A stretch of DNA of 62,365 nucleotides, counting the filler, from Collodictyon triciliatum (taxonomy: Eukaryota), in assembly GCA_043381765.1 (NCBI GenBank). It is 17 parts of 17 records of this genome, joined end to end, with 100 filler letters (N's around TTAATTAATTAA, not from the genome) between each part and the next. Parts side by side here need not be neighbours in the genome. Positions count along the whole stretch, not along the records: positions 1 to 3,366 come from JBHJMP010007425.1; positions 3,467 to 6,830 come from JBHJMP010007426.1; positions 6,931 to 10,292 come from JBHJMP010007427.1; positions 10,393 to 13,754 come from JBHJMP010007428.1; positions 13,855 to 17,216 come from JBHJMP010007429.1; 12 more parts are not named here. One strand, 5' to 3'. The position numbers and the translations under genes were made by a program. Under the pieces are notes generated by a model that had not been told where the DNA came from, did no database searches, and worked only from the letters and a program-made list of their open reading frames with translations. This document shows positions 1 through 14,813 of this stretch, in pieces. The stretch's first letter is position 1; the number at the start of each line of letters is the position of its first letter.

Positions 1-1973
<1,973 letters not shown>

Positions 1974-2412
1974 AGCACACTAATATTAAACCATTTAGTG
2001 TTAAAAGATACTAAGTAAGTATCGGTATGTGAAGCTGTACTAAACCAACCATTTTATTTTATTTTATTTTTCCAAAAAAGAAAAAGAAAAGATATAGACA
2101 AGTTTCTCTTAAATAAAGAGGTTACTGAAGAAAAAAAAAGCTAAAAATATAAATGTGGCATAAAAAAGGTGGTTGAAAATCCAAACATATATAATATCGA
2201 TGATCTATGTCTGAACAAAATAGCAAATGACGAGAGACCCTCTTTTCGTTCCGTGGATATAAGCTTATTTCCAGATGATTTTCAAGGCGGGATGACTTCC
2301 TGGGTAATTTTTTTAAAAGAAAAATGAAACCCGAATTCCTTTTCGAACAGTTATTTAAGTTGTTTGGAATATCATGGCAGGAAAATAAGTAAAGAAATTA
2401 GAGTATTTGCAC

Positions 2413-3214
2413 TCACAACCAAATCCCATCACCCCATTCGTGGTGATCGCTGCTAACGGACGAACGAAGATAGTATTCTTGGTTTTCTAGGACAACTTTG
2501 CATACAAGTGGAGCGACTAATGGAAATTCATGGAGATAACCAAATATGAAATTCAAATATCGCATTGCAGTGGTTAACATGTCTGTTGATTTCAATTGAT
2601 ATGGCTTATACTTTTGAGAGGACTATACTGTAGTTTAAATACAACGATCCATTCGATATTAAGTGGATTCATAAAGAAAGTAGCAAATTTTGGATGAACT
2701 CTTGTACAGTTTAAGTCATGATTATAGAAGGGTGCAATCATAGAAGTAATGTGGCAAAATGGGGTCGAGATTAACCTGAGTGTAATAGTGGAGTGGAGGA
2801 ACCTTTCACTAAGGAGTCATAGGAAATAAAATCCAATAGGTATGATTAATGGTTAATTTGGATTCAATTTCTTCTTTGGAAACTATTTTAATCTTCTGTG
2901 CGCAATTTTCACATTGGATTGTTAATATCAAGAGATGTATATTTAGGCGACTGTAGCGTACTTGTCAGAAAAATTCTTGCGCGTTCGAAGTCAGGTTTGA
3001 CTAAATCATGCATTAAATCGATTAGAAATATAAACATTTTTTCCAATAACAACTATCAAGGCCAAGGTTGACCCATTGGTGATAATAGGTTAAAATGGTC
3101 CAATGCTGAAGGTGTCTCAGTCATTATAGAGACACATTCAATACCCTCAGGGACGGGAAATTGGGAGTATCGAGGCAGGTTCTGTGGTGGTAGCTTGCTT
3201 TCTTTGGACCCCAT
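2413..3214 (-). pseudogene. Intronless decayed ORF starting MGSKESK (unknown family)
   Basis: One reading frame continues for ~200 codons through scattered stops; it starts with a myristoylation-like MGxxxSK; no splice structure is seen. Confidence 0.3.
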
Positions 3215-3366
3215 CGGCTTCAGTACTTCTTTGAGCAACCTGGAGTGGCTATCGTTAAAAAAAGAAGAAAAATAGGGAAAAAAACAAATAAAAAAAACAA
3301 ATAAAAAACAAATAAAAAAACAAATAAAAAAACAAATAAAAAACAAATAAAAAACAAATAAAAAAC

Positions 3367-3466
3367 NNNNNNNNNNNNNNNNNNNNNNNNNNNNNNNNNN
3401 NNNNNNNNNNTTAATTAATTAANNNNNNNNNNNNNNNNNNNNNNNNNNNNNNNNNNNNNNNNNNNN
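3367..3466. other. Artificial contig linker (N44-TTAATTAATTAA-N44, stops in all six frames)
   Basis: The same 100-nt linker recurs at ~6831, 10293, 13755, 17217, 20677, 24136, 31272, 34730, 38187, 41644, 45099, 48553, 52006, 55459 and 58912. Contig lengths fall from ~3366 to ~3353, indicating size-sorted concatenation. A separate ~545-N scaffold gap lies at 27594-28138. Confidence 0.97.
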
Positions 3467-4487
3467 TACCAATGTTAGATTTTAACTAAGAGTTATGATG
3501 TGTTTATCATCACAGTGTTCAATAACTCAAATATTGGAAATAAAGCGTGGGCATAAGTAGACCAGTAAATGAGTAGGTGATTACGTATGCATATATGGCT
3601 TGCTAGTATGCACACGAATGTTTGAATATGGAATAATATTGTGATTTATAGAACAAAGATATATACATCGTGAAGACGGGCGCATCGCGACGCTCTGCGT
3701 TGACTTCATGTGCTACGTAATCCCTGTATGTTCAGTCCGAACGATAGCAAAAGAAAAACCCCGTTAGACATGATTAACACTTGTGATATATTTTCTAGCG
3801 GCATGTGTATATTTCGCGAATATCCTCTTCTTTTTTACATAAAAAAAGACTGAAAAGCTGGGCTATGTAAAACCAAGAGTGCGCCTCGTAAAATATTGGT
3901 AAAGGGGATTATTCGGTTGTTGCGTATTGTACTATTTTCGCTTAGTTTTGTTATTCTTTCTTTTCGGCTCTCTTGTTTGGTTCATTCAGCTCCTAAACAT
4001 CCTTTGAAAAAAAAAAAAAAGAAAATAATCGTAATGCCATAGAATACATGAAGCTTTCAACCCCGTCGGAAATACCTCCAGCTTGAAACAAAATGGCCTG
4101 GGAGGTTATTTTGTTGAATGGGTTTACAATTATCACTGAATAAGTGAGTTAAATAAAGAAAAACTCTTGTCGACCAACCTGAGCTTTTTTTTTTATTTTC
4201 TTTTTTAGACATAGGAAACCGTATCTTGTTCGATTTGCGAAACCTCAGAATAGAAAAAAATACGGCAAGACTTTCAGGGCGCCTCCAAGTATATGATCGG
4301 CCGTTCTTCCTTCTTCCTTCTTCCTTTTGTTGTTGTGATCCTTTTTTTTCTTTTCTGATGATTGATCCAGGTTTGATTGGAAAATGAAAACAGAGGAATC
4401 GTTGTTCCACATTTGCTTTTCAAATAAGGCATGATAAAACTGTCGAAAGTTTATTTGCTTTTTTTCTTCGTTCCGTAACCGATTGTT

Positions 4488-4792
4488 TCACTTGTTTTTG
4501 GCATCAAGTTGCTCTCGAGAAATGTGAAAACGTGGAGGAGTTTGGAGAGCCAGCAAGCAAGAGAGGCCGGTGTAAAGAATAAGGAGAAGAACTATTGCGA
4601 AAATGAGTACAACAACGACTTCGGGAGTAAAATAATCTAAAAAAGATTCCTCTTCGTCGTTTTCCAGTGTCACCTGTTTTTTTTCGATGGTATTTTAAAT
4701 ATAGTTAATGAATGTTATAAGCAAAAAAATCTTAATAAAATAAATAAAAATAAAAATAACCGCTTAAGTTTGATGTAAGGTACTTTCTTTGG

Positions 4793-4823
<31 letters not shown>

Positions 4824-6430
4824 CAAAACAAAACAAAACAAAACAAAACAAAACAAAACAAAACAAAACAAAACAAAACAAAACAAAACAAAACAGTACA
4901 AAACAAACACACCTTATATTCTTTGGCCTGGTAACTGAGATAAGACGCGATAAATGGGCTCTTCAAATCTTCCAGCATGGATTGAATCAATTCATCTATA
5001 TAAAGTTTCATTCGGTTTATTATACCAACAATCAAATTGAAGAAAAATAAGGACAAATCAAATATTTCATTCAATTTTACCTGCTTCTTTCAAAGCCTTT
5101 CCAGAGTCCGTATTTTTGTAGCCACGGTTCGGAAGCAAAACAAGGTGCAATTTTTTGCTTGGTACTTTAGTAATCTCCTTTAATTGATTAACAAATCAGA
5201 TAGTAGGAAGGAAGCATGAAATGATACATCTTTATCCAAGAAATGTCAGTTAATTTATACGTCTACATCTTTGAATTTGATGAAGTTGTCTACGCTATGG
5301 CTTATGTAAGTAACATCTGTGGTGTATTTGTTTGTTTAAAACAATGTCAGCATCAAAAACAATCTTTTTTTTAAAAAAAAAAATCTAATTAAGATATTCA
5401 GAGAACAGGTGATCATGGATAATGATCCTAATTTTTTTTTTGAAAAGAGAAAAACAATAGCTTTCTCGTTCTTAAAACATACTGGTATCAGCGTATATTT
5501 GTGTTTCAGGGCTGGAGCTGCAAATCTCGACAAGGTGACGGGCGAATGGCATATTTTGATCAGCAGAAACCCATGAAACAGAAGATTCTTCAGTCATGGA
5601 CCTCTGGATTATTAATGACTGTCTTAAAAATACGGTAACTATTTAACCAAATAGACATACGCTGTTAACAATATACTCGAGTTAGATCTGTGGTGAGATA
5701 TTTTTATTCCATTGTTTTTATTAATTTTTTAATTAATATCGTGAATACAAGATTAGTGAGGTCATATTCCCTTACTTTAAGAAACTTTACAGTTCCGCCG
5801 TCTTTTTTCGCCGAAAATGCGTTAGCATGATATGAGAATTCCGTAGCACTCACCTAATTATAGTGTCCATATACCAGGTAGTTGAGAGACAAACCAACGT
5901 TAAATGCTTCTAAAGAAACGTTTATAATCAAATATTTATGTTCACGAATTTCTATGCTGTCTGAATCCAATAGATAGAGAAATAGAAAAATTAGATATAT
6001 ATTGTGATAATAATAATAATATCCTTAAAATCAAATAAAAGAAATAATATCATTATTGTTTCTATTCAAAAAAAGTGATACGGGAACGCACATCAGCATG
6101 TAAGAATAAAAAAAAGTCCGGTTTGTTATCGAGCTTTTGCATCGACAATCCCTACATAAGGTAATTTGTGTGGGAGAATTTTTGTAAGATATATGTCTTG
6201 TTCATAAGAGAAAAGGTATTTTGTGTTGAGACGTGGGAGACATAAAGTTATGACGATACCAGTCCTCTGGGATGATAGAGGAAAAGTATACAAATGACCA
6301 AAGAAACTGTGAAACCAACCGCAAAGCTATCGCACGAGTTTGAGAACCAGCAATTAAGTAAGCTCGTTATGTCTTCGGTTTTGACAGATTTTGTGACTTC
6401 CTTATTTGTCCCAGAGCCCAGCAAACTGAA
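4488..6430 (-). CDS. ATP6AP1: V-type ATPase accessory subunit Ac45/Voa1-like, multi-exon
   Basis: The last exon, FLDYFTPEVVVVLIFAIVLLLILYTGLSCLLALQTPPRF, matches the Ac45/Voa1 C-terminal TM signature (F.P...TM..LQTP.RF). Several upstream GT-AG exons are present; the 5' end is unresolved. Confidence 0.72.
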
Positions 6431-6930
6431 TTATTTGCTTGCTTGTGAGTTTGATATTTTATCACCACATACCTTAGCCCATCATATTTTAGCCATTTCT
6501 TCTTTGCGTTGCTGTTTCTAAAAGGTAGCCACGGCTGACAGTATATAATGTTGAGAAAACTTTACACGTACCCCGGCTTCGTCCACAGTAAACCGAAGTT
6601 GTCTGTGAAGGTTGGACTGATGCAAGAGAGAGCGCAGACAAGGACGATCGAGGCGCTCGCAGCCCTTTGAAGAACTCTCGGCATTCTGATGCAATCGAGC
6701 TATAATCTGTCATGAAGCGCGTTATGAGCCCTTGAATTGAGCAATGGTAAAAAAAAAAAAAAAAAAAAAAAACAGTCACATCTGGTGTGAAGAAAAAAAG
6801 TGAAATTCATCGTTTTGGGTTTTTTTCTTTNNNNNNNNNNNNNNNNNNNNNNNNNNNNNNNNNNNNNNNNNNNNTTAATTAATTAANNNNNNNNNNNNNN
6901 NNNNNNNNNNNNNNNNNNNNNNNNNNNNNN

Positions 6931-7210
6931 CGCTCGCATTCTTCGCTACTCTGACCGCAAGCGAAGAGAGATGTGGGAATGTGTCGTGCGATATCTCCCA
7001 CAGCATATCCAACCCCTGCTACCCACGCAACCAATCAACCAGTTGGGTCGTCCACCTGACCAACTCGCTTTCACTGACTTCTTTCCAGTGCTACCCTCTC
7101 CATGGTAATGTCTTCTCCTACTCGCGTTTGCTCTCTCCCATGCGCTCCCATCACGCCCCCTTGTATGGCATAACCTCGCTACACTTTGAATCGAATAAAG
7201 GGAAAAAAAA
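6931..7210 (+). mobile_element. 3' end of non-LTR retrotransposon family A
   Basis: An open frame ends at TAA 7106-7108, followed by a ~100-nt UTR, AATAAA and an A-tail. A near-identical copy is at 31372-31484 and a TSD-flanked fragment at 23928-23954. Confidence 0.75.
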
Positions 7211-7356
7211 TAACCTTTGGGCTCCTCTTCCGTCGAGTAGACCATCTTTCCAAGAATTTTCAAAAGGAGTAAATGTATTTTTATATTTTTAATTGTATAT
7301 ATTGAGAAATTATTTTCTAACAAAAAACTAATTAAATTAAATTTAGAGGATTATAG

Positions 7357-10104
7357 AAACATCTAGTGCTTCGTATTCAGCGCTCTATGTAACATGTTTT
7401 GATTTATTTCATAATTTTGAAAATATGTCAACATTATACCTATCATATATACCAATTTAATAATAGTTTGAGGAGGCTGAAGAAATACCGCAGGGAATCA
7501 TCACCATTATTAGCACACACGTCTATGGCTCTGAACCTCTTTGGGAAGATATTCCTGATAAAATGGGGGATTCCGTTATGATTCACAATTCAATCATCAA
7601 ATCAGTAATTTTCAACCTCCAATTTTATATTATCAATTTAATGTGCTTAATATCCACAATTTTTTTTTATTAGAACTGCGCCAAGTTCCACGGTTTTATC
7701 AGTCAAAACGATGGAGAATATTTTGTTATTGCTTTTCCGAAACCTTTAGATGCCATGAAGTACATTTTTCCTTTATTCTATTCAAATTTAGATGCCTTTA
7801 AGTATAAAAGGAGCGCATCATAGTAAATTGGAGTGTGATAAATTAAAAAACAAAAAGAGGAGTACAATTTCATGTAAATTAAAATCTAGTTTTTGTTTGG
7901 AGACACAAATTTTACTTAATGAGGCTGAATGGCCTGATGATTTAATGAAGCACGAATATGCGAAGGAAATACCTGAGGCAGATACTAGGGGACTCAGGGT
8001 CCAGATGGTATTGTAACATTAGCTTTAAATAATCATGGCAATGACTAAAACAATATGTACGGTATTCAGGCTGTTCTTGTTGAATATTAATCAATAGGGT
8101 ATCGATTGTGGTCCATGTAATTGCAAAGTTGACGACAAAACATCTCGTGCACAATTCTTCGGAAAGGTTCTATTTACATTTGAATGAGTTGTGCATATGA
8201 TGACAGTCATGACAAATCTGTGTAGGCCGAGGAAAATTTTTTTTTACATTTTACCTCCTAGACTGTTTCGAGGGCTATGAAAATCAGTAAAACCAGTCGG
8301 GGTGGTCAAATAATATTCACTGATAGTATTTATCAGGTGGACATACACATTTACCATTTCATTCTAAAATTCAATAAATAGTATTAAATTTAACGTAGGC
8401 CCTGGATGAGAGGGTTAAAGCCCTAGAAATTGGTAATATTATCAGAATAATACCCAATCGCAACATATTCTCCGAAGCTAAGTTACTATACGAGGTCTGT
8501 ATTTTGTGTACTATGTCATTTTATACCAAAATTATTGCGTTCCTTTATGATGTCTTTCGGAAAGGATATTTATGATATTTACTTGTTAGTGAAAGAATCA
8601 GAATATCTAAAAATAAAATAAAAAAGGTTAAGATTTAGTTTTACACTCACCATGAATATCTTAAATACTTTTAGATATGCCCGAAGAAAATGATAAAAAG
8701 AATTGAATATCATAATCAATTAAATGCAAGTGGTTATAATAGCCACAGAGACCGTGTAACGTCCTTTCCTTTATAACGATTTCGATGATATGTGTTTAAT
8801 TTCTAGCAAGAAATGTTAAAAAAAATTGGTGAATATAGGGTGGGAACTCAGCTCAGGAAAACTATATGATTAATATTCCATCCCATAAAGACACTGAGAC
8901 CCCATGCTTGCCGTCATCCCCAAAAATGATCAGTATTGGTACACTTGCAACGAAGTTAATGTCACAAGTTTCTCCATATGAAGAATTACAACCTCCGAAG
9001 CTTTGACCGAAGAAATTTTGGGAGATAGATATGAAGGATTTAGAATTTGAAAATAAATCTATGGGATCTGGGACATATGGATCCGTTTTTGTTGCGATAT
9101 TTAAGGTTTTTTTCTTATTCAATCATTTTAGAAATCCACGTAGTATATGATGCTGTATAATTCACTTATATATTTGATGAAAGGGTGAGAGGGTTGCTGT
9201 GAAGAAAATAACACCCCAAAACTCATACGAATCATATATTGCATTTATTTCCGAAGTTTCGATCACAAGGTTAGCGATACTTTCTCAATTTTATGTTTCT
9301 CTTGTCAAAAAATTTTATTACATAAAGGGTCCATTTTTCGCTTTTTTCCCTAAAGATGATTGATTGGTTTCTTTTAGACACCTTATTGAAGAAAACCAAA
9401 AAGTAGAAAACTGTATTCGCCGCTATGATAGTTCTTTTCTTTATATTCTTAAAAATATGGCTTGATTTTTAGAAAACTCAATCACCCAAACATCATCAAA
9501 TTCGTTGCTGCTTGTACTGATCTGCCCGACCTGGCCCTGGTCATGGAATTAGTTGAAAGAGGAAACTTGAAACAAATTCTTCAGGATATGCTGGTTCCGA
9601 TAAGTAGAATCGAAAAGTGAGGGACTAAAAATTCAGTTAGTCAAATTGGTGACATTCTGGAATGATTTTTTTCGTAATTTATTCTTATATACGTGTTTAA
9701 GAGGTAGACATCGCCACGTCGATTTTTACCATATGGAGACATTAAAATGGTTTTCTTAACATCATATCATCGTTGGTGAGGGGAATAGTTGATAGTATGG
9801 CTTATCTACACTCGTCGTCTCCAATAATTTTGCATCGAGATTTAAAGTCGGCCAATATTCTAGTAAGCAATTGATAAACATCCTGCCATTCTCTGGTATG
9901 TAAAATATTTTCCAAAAATAACTAAAAAAAAAAAAGGGACCTCAATAGGATGACTTAAGAATCCGATTGGAAAACTAATGAAATGGGAATAATTAGATAA
10001 CAAACTCATTTCAATAAAAGATTTGTGACTTTGGATTCTCGATGGTAAAGGCCAATAACAGGACTATGACGAAGTGTGGAACAGCAGCTTATCAGGCACC
10101 AGAG
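7357..10104 (+). CDS. Degenerate class III nucleotide cyclase domain followed by a TKL kinase (partial, possibly a pseudogene)
   Basis: Cyclase-like exons: PQGIITIISTHVYGSEPLWE, NDGEYFVIAF, LLNEAEWPDDLM..RGLRVQM, VSRAMKIS..GGQIIF. Kinase exons: FWEIDMKDL..GSGTYGSVF, VAVKK, LNHPNII, ILHRDLKSANIL, ICDFG, MTKCGTAAYQAPE. An in-frame TAA sits at 10015. Confidence 0.8.
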
Positions 10105-10197
10105 GTATTGTGTTCAGAAATAAGGCACTATCAATTTTTTCGATTTAGGTGGCTTATTTACTTTGACCACGTTCGTATAAAACATGCAATCATAATG

Positions 10198-10292
<95 letters not shown>

Positions 10293-10663
10293 NNNNNNNN
10301 NNNNNNNNNNNNNNNNNNNNNNNNNNNNNNNNNNNNTTAATTAATTAANNNNNNNNNNNNNNNNNNNNNNNNNNNNNNNNNNNNNNNNNNNNGGTAGCTC
10401 AACCTAAACTCAAAAAAAAAAAAAAAAAGGCAAGATCGACTCCCTCGACTCGCGCAAGTGGCCAATCACCAGTTCTTTTTAATTTTTACGATATTATTGT
10501 CCAGGTAATTTGCCAGAAAGAAAGCTGCACGCACCGCTGTTCTGTGACAGGCAGTTTCGGACCGTTCTGCTTCCCACAGTCCTTCCTGTCTCACTGCTTG
10601 AATACTTTTTTTTAAAAAATCTCTTAATCTCTCCCTTCCATCTCTTTCTCTCTTTCTTCTTTC

Positions 10664-10696
<33 letters not shown>

Positions 10697-10827
10697 TTTC
10701 TTCCTTCCTTCCTTTCTTTCTTTCTTTCTTTCTTGTTTGTTTATCACGGTTGAGTGCTTCGAGCTTCTTCATTTTTCATCGCTTCGGTGGGACTTCCTCG
10801 TGGAGGCTTTGAAGCACAGTGCCTTGA

Positions 10828-13568
10828 ATGCCAAAGGACATGAATGGTATCGCCCTTGAGGAAAATATAGCTGTTGTTCAACGAAACGAGAATGGAGAAC
10901 TATTGAATGAAAATGTGAGTTCTAAGAGCTCTGAGTGGTTTAAATATGCGAACTATGTTGTCTATTATCTCTATTACCTCTATTATCTCTATTATCTCTA
11001 TTATCTCTATTATCTCTATTATCTCTATTATCTCTATTATCTCTATTATCTCTATTATCTCTATTATCTCTATTGTCTCTATTGTCTCTATTATGTCTAT
11101 TATGTCTATTATGTCTATTATGTCTATTATGTCGATTATGTCTATTATGTCTATTATGTCTATTATGTCTATTATGTCTATTATGTCTATTATGTTATCT
11201 ACAGTGCTCTAAAACTATGTTTTATTCTGCTTCTATTTTGTGAAAATTCCTGCGCCTAGTCTGATGATAAAAAAAATGTAGTCTGGCTCTATTGGATTAG
11301 ATGGCTATGAAATTGGGAAGCTTATTGGGAAAGGTCAGTATTCAAGTGTATACATCGGACGGCGAAAGGATGCAACACAACAAATTGTGGCCATCAAAAG
11401 AGTGGAGGTACAAGAAAACTTAATATACTTAAACTTTATATTAACGTTGCACAACATTTTGTAATGTCTCCAAAAAAATCCAGAGAAAAGGAATATGGAA
11501 AGCGTGTTGGGCGTTTCAACCAGTATTACTTATTCCGTAGAATTAGCTAGAGCATTCACATCTCTTTATCAGATATTTGAGCTCAAGGAAAAAACTCGGA
11601 AAAAATGCCTTCGAGAAGTGCGGTTGCTTCAGTCGTTGGATCATCCCCACATCATCAAATGCTTTGATGCATTCATCCAGGATAATGAATTGATTATAAT
11701 CCTTGAATGGGCAGAACGCGGGGATTTGAGGAGGTTGATTAGGAAGGCTGCGAAAGAAGGCAAGCAATTCGCAGAGAAGGATGTTTGGTAAACAAGTTTA
11801 ATTTAGCTCTTTTTATGTCCCTTCCTTTTTATTTCCTGTCCATTTTTTTCTAAAAAAGAAAGAAAGAAATACGTAATTAGATCTAAAAACTTGATGTGTT
11901 GGCCTCCTGCTGTAACTTCTTGTATCTTACAAATTAAACTATTCTGAAATATCCCTTCAGGGCCTGGAGTTATCAAATATGTCATGCAATTCAGCACATG
12001 CACGAACGGAGAATTATGCACAGAGGTAATATATAGCAAGAGAATCGCATTCTGATGCAGAAAAATACGACCTGCACAAAAGAATTTCACATGTGTTTTA
12101 TTTTCTTCATCCTCGTCCGCCATTTTCTTGATATTGTCGACATGTTAACATATCCAAAAAAAATTAGATATCAAACCGGCAAATATATTTGTTAATGCTT
12201 CGGGGGTGCTGAAACTTGGTGATTTGGGACTAGGGCGGCATTTTAGGTATGTGTTTGTCTAATTGTAAGGTTTATTCATATATAAAACTCTTTCGAAGAG
12301 AATTTCGACCCTGTTTTTCTTTAAACGCCCTATCCGACGAAAACCGTTTGTGTCAACATCATTCAGTTTTGAGTCTGTACAAGCATTTTCAAAAGTTGGA
12401 ACACCTCTCTATATGAGTCCTGATGTTCTCGAGGTTTTTATTTACAGAGAAAACAATATGTCATGTTTCTTGCTCTTTTATGTTTTTTTTTAAAGACAAA
12501 TTATTTTTTTTTTTTAATAATTCTTGTATATAGGGTGGTGGTTATGATTGGAAATCAGACGTTTGGAGTGTTGGCGTTCTATTGTATCCTTGAATGGCTT
12601 TTGAATCTTTATTTACATATTGTTATTGATATTGTTATTGTTATTGTTGTTGTTGTTTTTGTTGTTGTTGTTGATCGTAATCTTAATAACAGGCTTGAGT
12701 ATTCATACATTCGCTCAAATATGACAGAAAAAGTGTAATTTAAATGAGATTGTAGTAAATCCTTAATCAGTCAAGGTATGAGCTCGCCACTCTAAAGTCT
12801 CCCTTTATGGATGAGAGCTCAAATTTATACGGTAGAAAATACTCTTTGATTATTTGAAGAATAGCATGTTCCCAGAAAAGATAAAATATTATGAAGCCCT
12901 GTGCGAATGCCATCTGCAAAGTGTGTAAATCATTTGCAATTATAAAATGTGTAGAAATATACCGTAAAATACAAAAAGGGTCGTATGAACCTCTACCAGA
13001 GAATTTATCTCTGCCGGTGAGCTCCAATTACTAGACCATCCTAATCACTGACAACGAATAATTTGGCCTTAGGATTCAATACAATTTATCTTAAATTTTC
13101 ATGTTTATTTCAAAAAAAATCATAAACTGATGTGGAAAAATTCCCAGCTTCGCGAGATCATAAACTCCATGCTACAAGTTGACCCGAATTCGAGACCCGA
13201 TATGAAAACAGTCTGCGACATGATTCTGCGAGTTGGTAAATATTTCGACTAATTAGATGAATCCAACACCCCGTTGTGGCCATCATATATATCTTGTATC
13301 AACTGTTTCCTCATCTACCTTTTAATATAGTATCCCCGCCCGATAAGAATCTTCCTGCTGAGGTTTGCCATAAATTGTTGTTTGTTTTTTCCCTTTATTC
13401 GATTTAAATAGGTTTCCTTTAGATTATGTTTCGACCTTTATTACGTGTTTGTAACACGCTGCTTTGATGTCTGTAGGAAGAGCTCGAAGAGGAAGTTGAT
13501 TTGTTCTTTGAGATAACGCTTGACAAACTAAAGCTTTTGAATTATGAAGTCCTCTTTTGCATTCCACG
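10828..13568 (+). CDS. NIMA-related (NEK6/7-like) kinase with a C-terminal IFT57-like segment, 3' truncated
   Basis: Exons give IGKGQYSSVY, VAIKRVE, KKCLREVRLLQSLDHPHII, IMHRDIKPANIF, LKLGDLGLGRHF, KVGTPLYMSPD, YDWKSDVWS, YELATLKSPF, DPNSRPD. The last visible exon reads FFEITLDKLKLLNYEVLFC. Confidence 0.92.
10963..11192. repeat. 9-mer intronic tandem repeat (TATTATCTC/TATTATGTC)n
   Basis: Direct inspection; it lies in intron 1 of the NEK gene and creates spurious YYL/SII ORFs. Confidence 0.9.
12584..12775 (+). other. U12-type (minor spliceosome) GT-AG intron
   Basis: 5' site GTATCCTT, branch motif TCCTTAAT at 12760-12767, no pyrimidine tract, and an AG at 12774-12775 that restores the frame WSVGVL-L-YELA. 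Confidence 0.85.
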
Positions 13569-14159
13569 GTTGGAATTTTTTTTATTAGTTTACGTTTATA
13601 TTTCGTTTCTCAAAATAGCATTTGTGTGAGTCAAGTCCAGTATTAAACCCTTAATGCTTTTTCTCTCTACATGAAAAAAAAAAAAAAAAAAAAAACAAGA
13701 ACCCCACCCCTATTTTTTCCCCTTTTTTTCTATCTTCTAAAAATAACAATTACANNNNNNNNNNNNNNNNNNNNNNNNNNNNNNNNNNNNNNNNNNNNTT
13801 AATTAATTAANNNNNNNNNNNNNNNNNNNNNNNNNNNNNNNNNNNNNNNNNNNNAAGAAAAAAAAGAAAAAGAAAAAAAGAAAAAGAAAAAGAAAAAAAA
13901 GAAAAAGAAAAAAAGAAAAAGAAAAAAAGAAAAAAAAGAAAAAGAAAAAGAAAAAAAAGAAAAAGAAAAAAAAGAAAAAGAAAAAAAGAAGAAAAAGAAA
14001 AAGAAAAAGAAAAAAAGAAAAGAAAAAAAGAAAAGAAAAAAAGAAAAGAAAAAAAGAAAAAAAAGAAAAAGAAAAAGAAAAAAAAGAAAAAGAAAAAAAA
14101 GGCATTTTTTGAATATAGTCAATTAGAAACAAGCCATAAATTGTGTCTGATAATAAAGC

Positions 14160-14763
14160 CTACGCTCTGAAAGTGAAATCTGGAATGACCGACAGGAATG
14201 GGAGAAAAATTATGCAAAACCAATAAACCCAGGACTTGGTCAAATTTTCTTTGAAAAAAAAAAGAGGCTTATCAAGGAAATAATTCAAAACGCAAGAGTA
14301 CTAGAATTAAAACAATATGAGAAATGTTCCTTTTTTTTCTTCTAAAAAATTGCTTGACGTAAGACTTGAAATCAGTAATTTTTCAAGTATCACTCTTTGA
14401 TGGATACGTATAACACCGTACATATTCGATGGGTCAAGACCATCTAAATGACAATGAATAACTAGTATAATGTAAAACCCTCCGATTGACAAGAGAATAC
14501 CCAAGAACTGTAGAAGTGTCCAATGCCTACATTTATATAGACGTAAAGTGAGCAAAGAACAGTTCGAACCATGTATATTAAATCAAGAGAGAAACATACA
14601 AACGATACACTTACTTTGTCACAATAATAAGTCTGTACGTCACGGTCAATATGCATACAGTGGCAAGGACCGTTCCCATGACCCAGATACCGCCGTTCTG
14701 GATTATTTGAGTGAGTCAATACCTTGTAATACTCACCCAATGTAGTAATTTAAAAGAAAGGAT

Positions 14764-14813
<50 letters not shown>

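Noticed and set aside
3670-3712. SECIS-like or ncRNA hairpin
   Set aside because: A modest stem is possible, but it lacks the apical AA and there is no linked Sec-containing ORF.
10828-11259. Tyr-rich 143-aa ORF and similar poly-F, poly-K, poly-I and QE ORFs elsewhere
   Set aside because: They read through intronic microsatellites; the true first exon ends at the GTGAGT donor near 10915.
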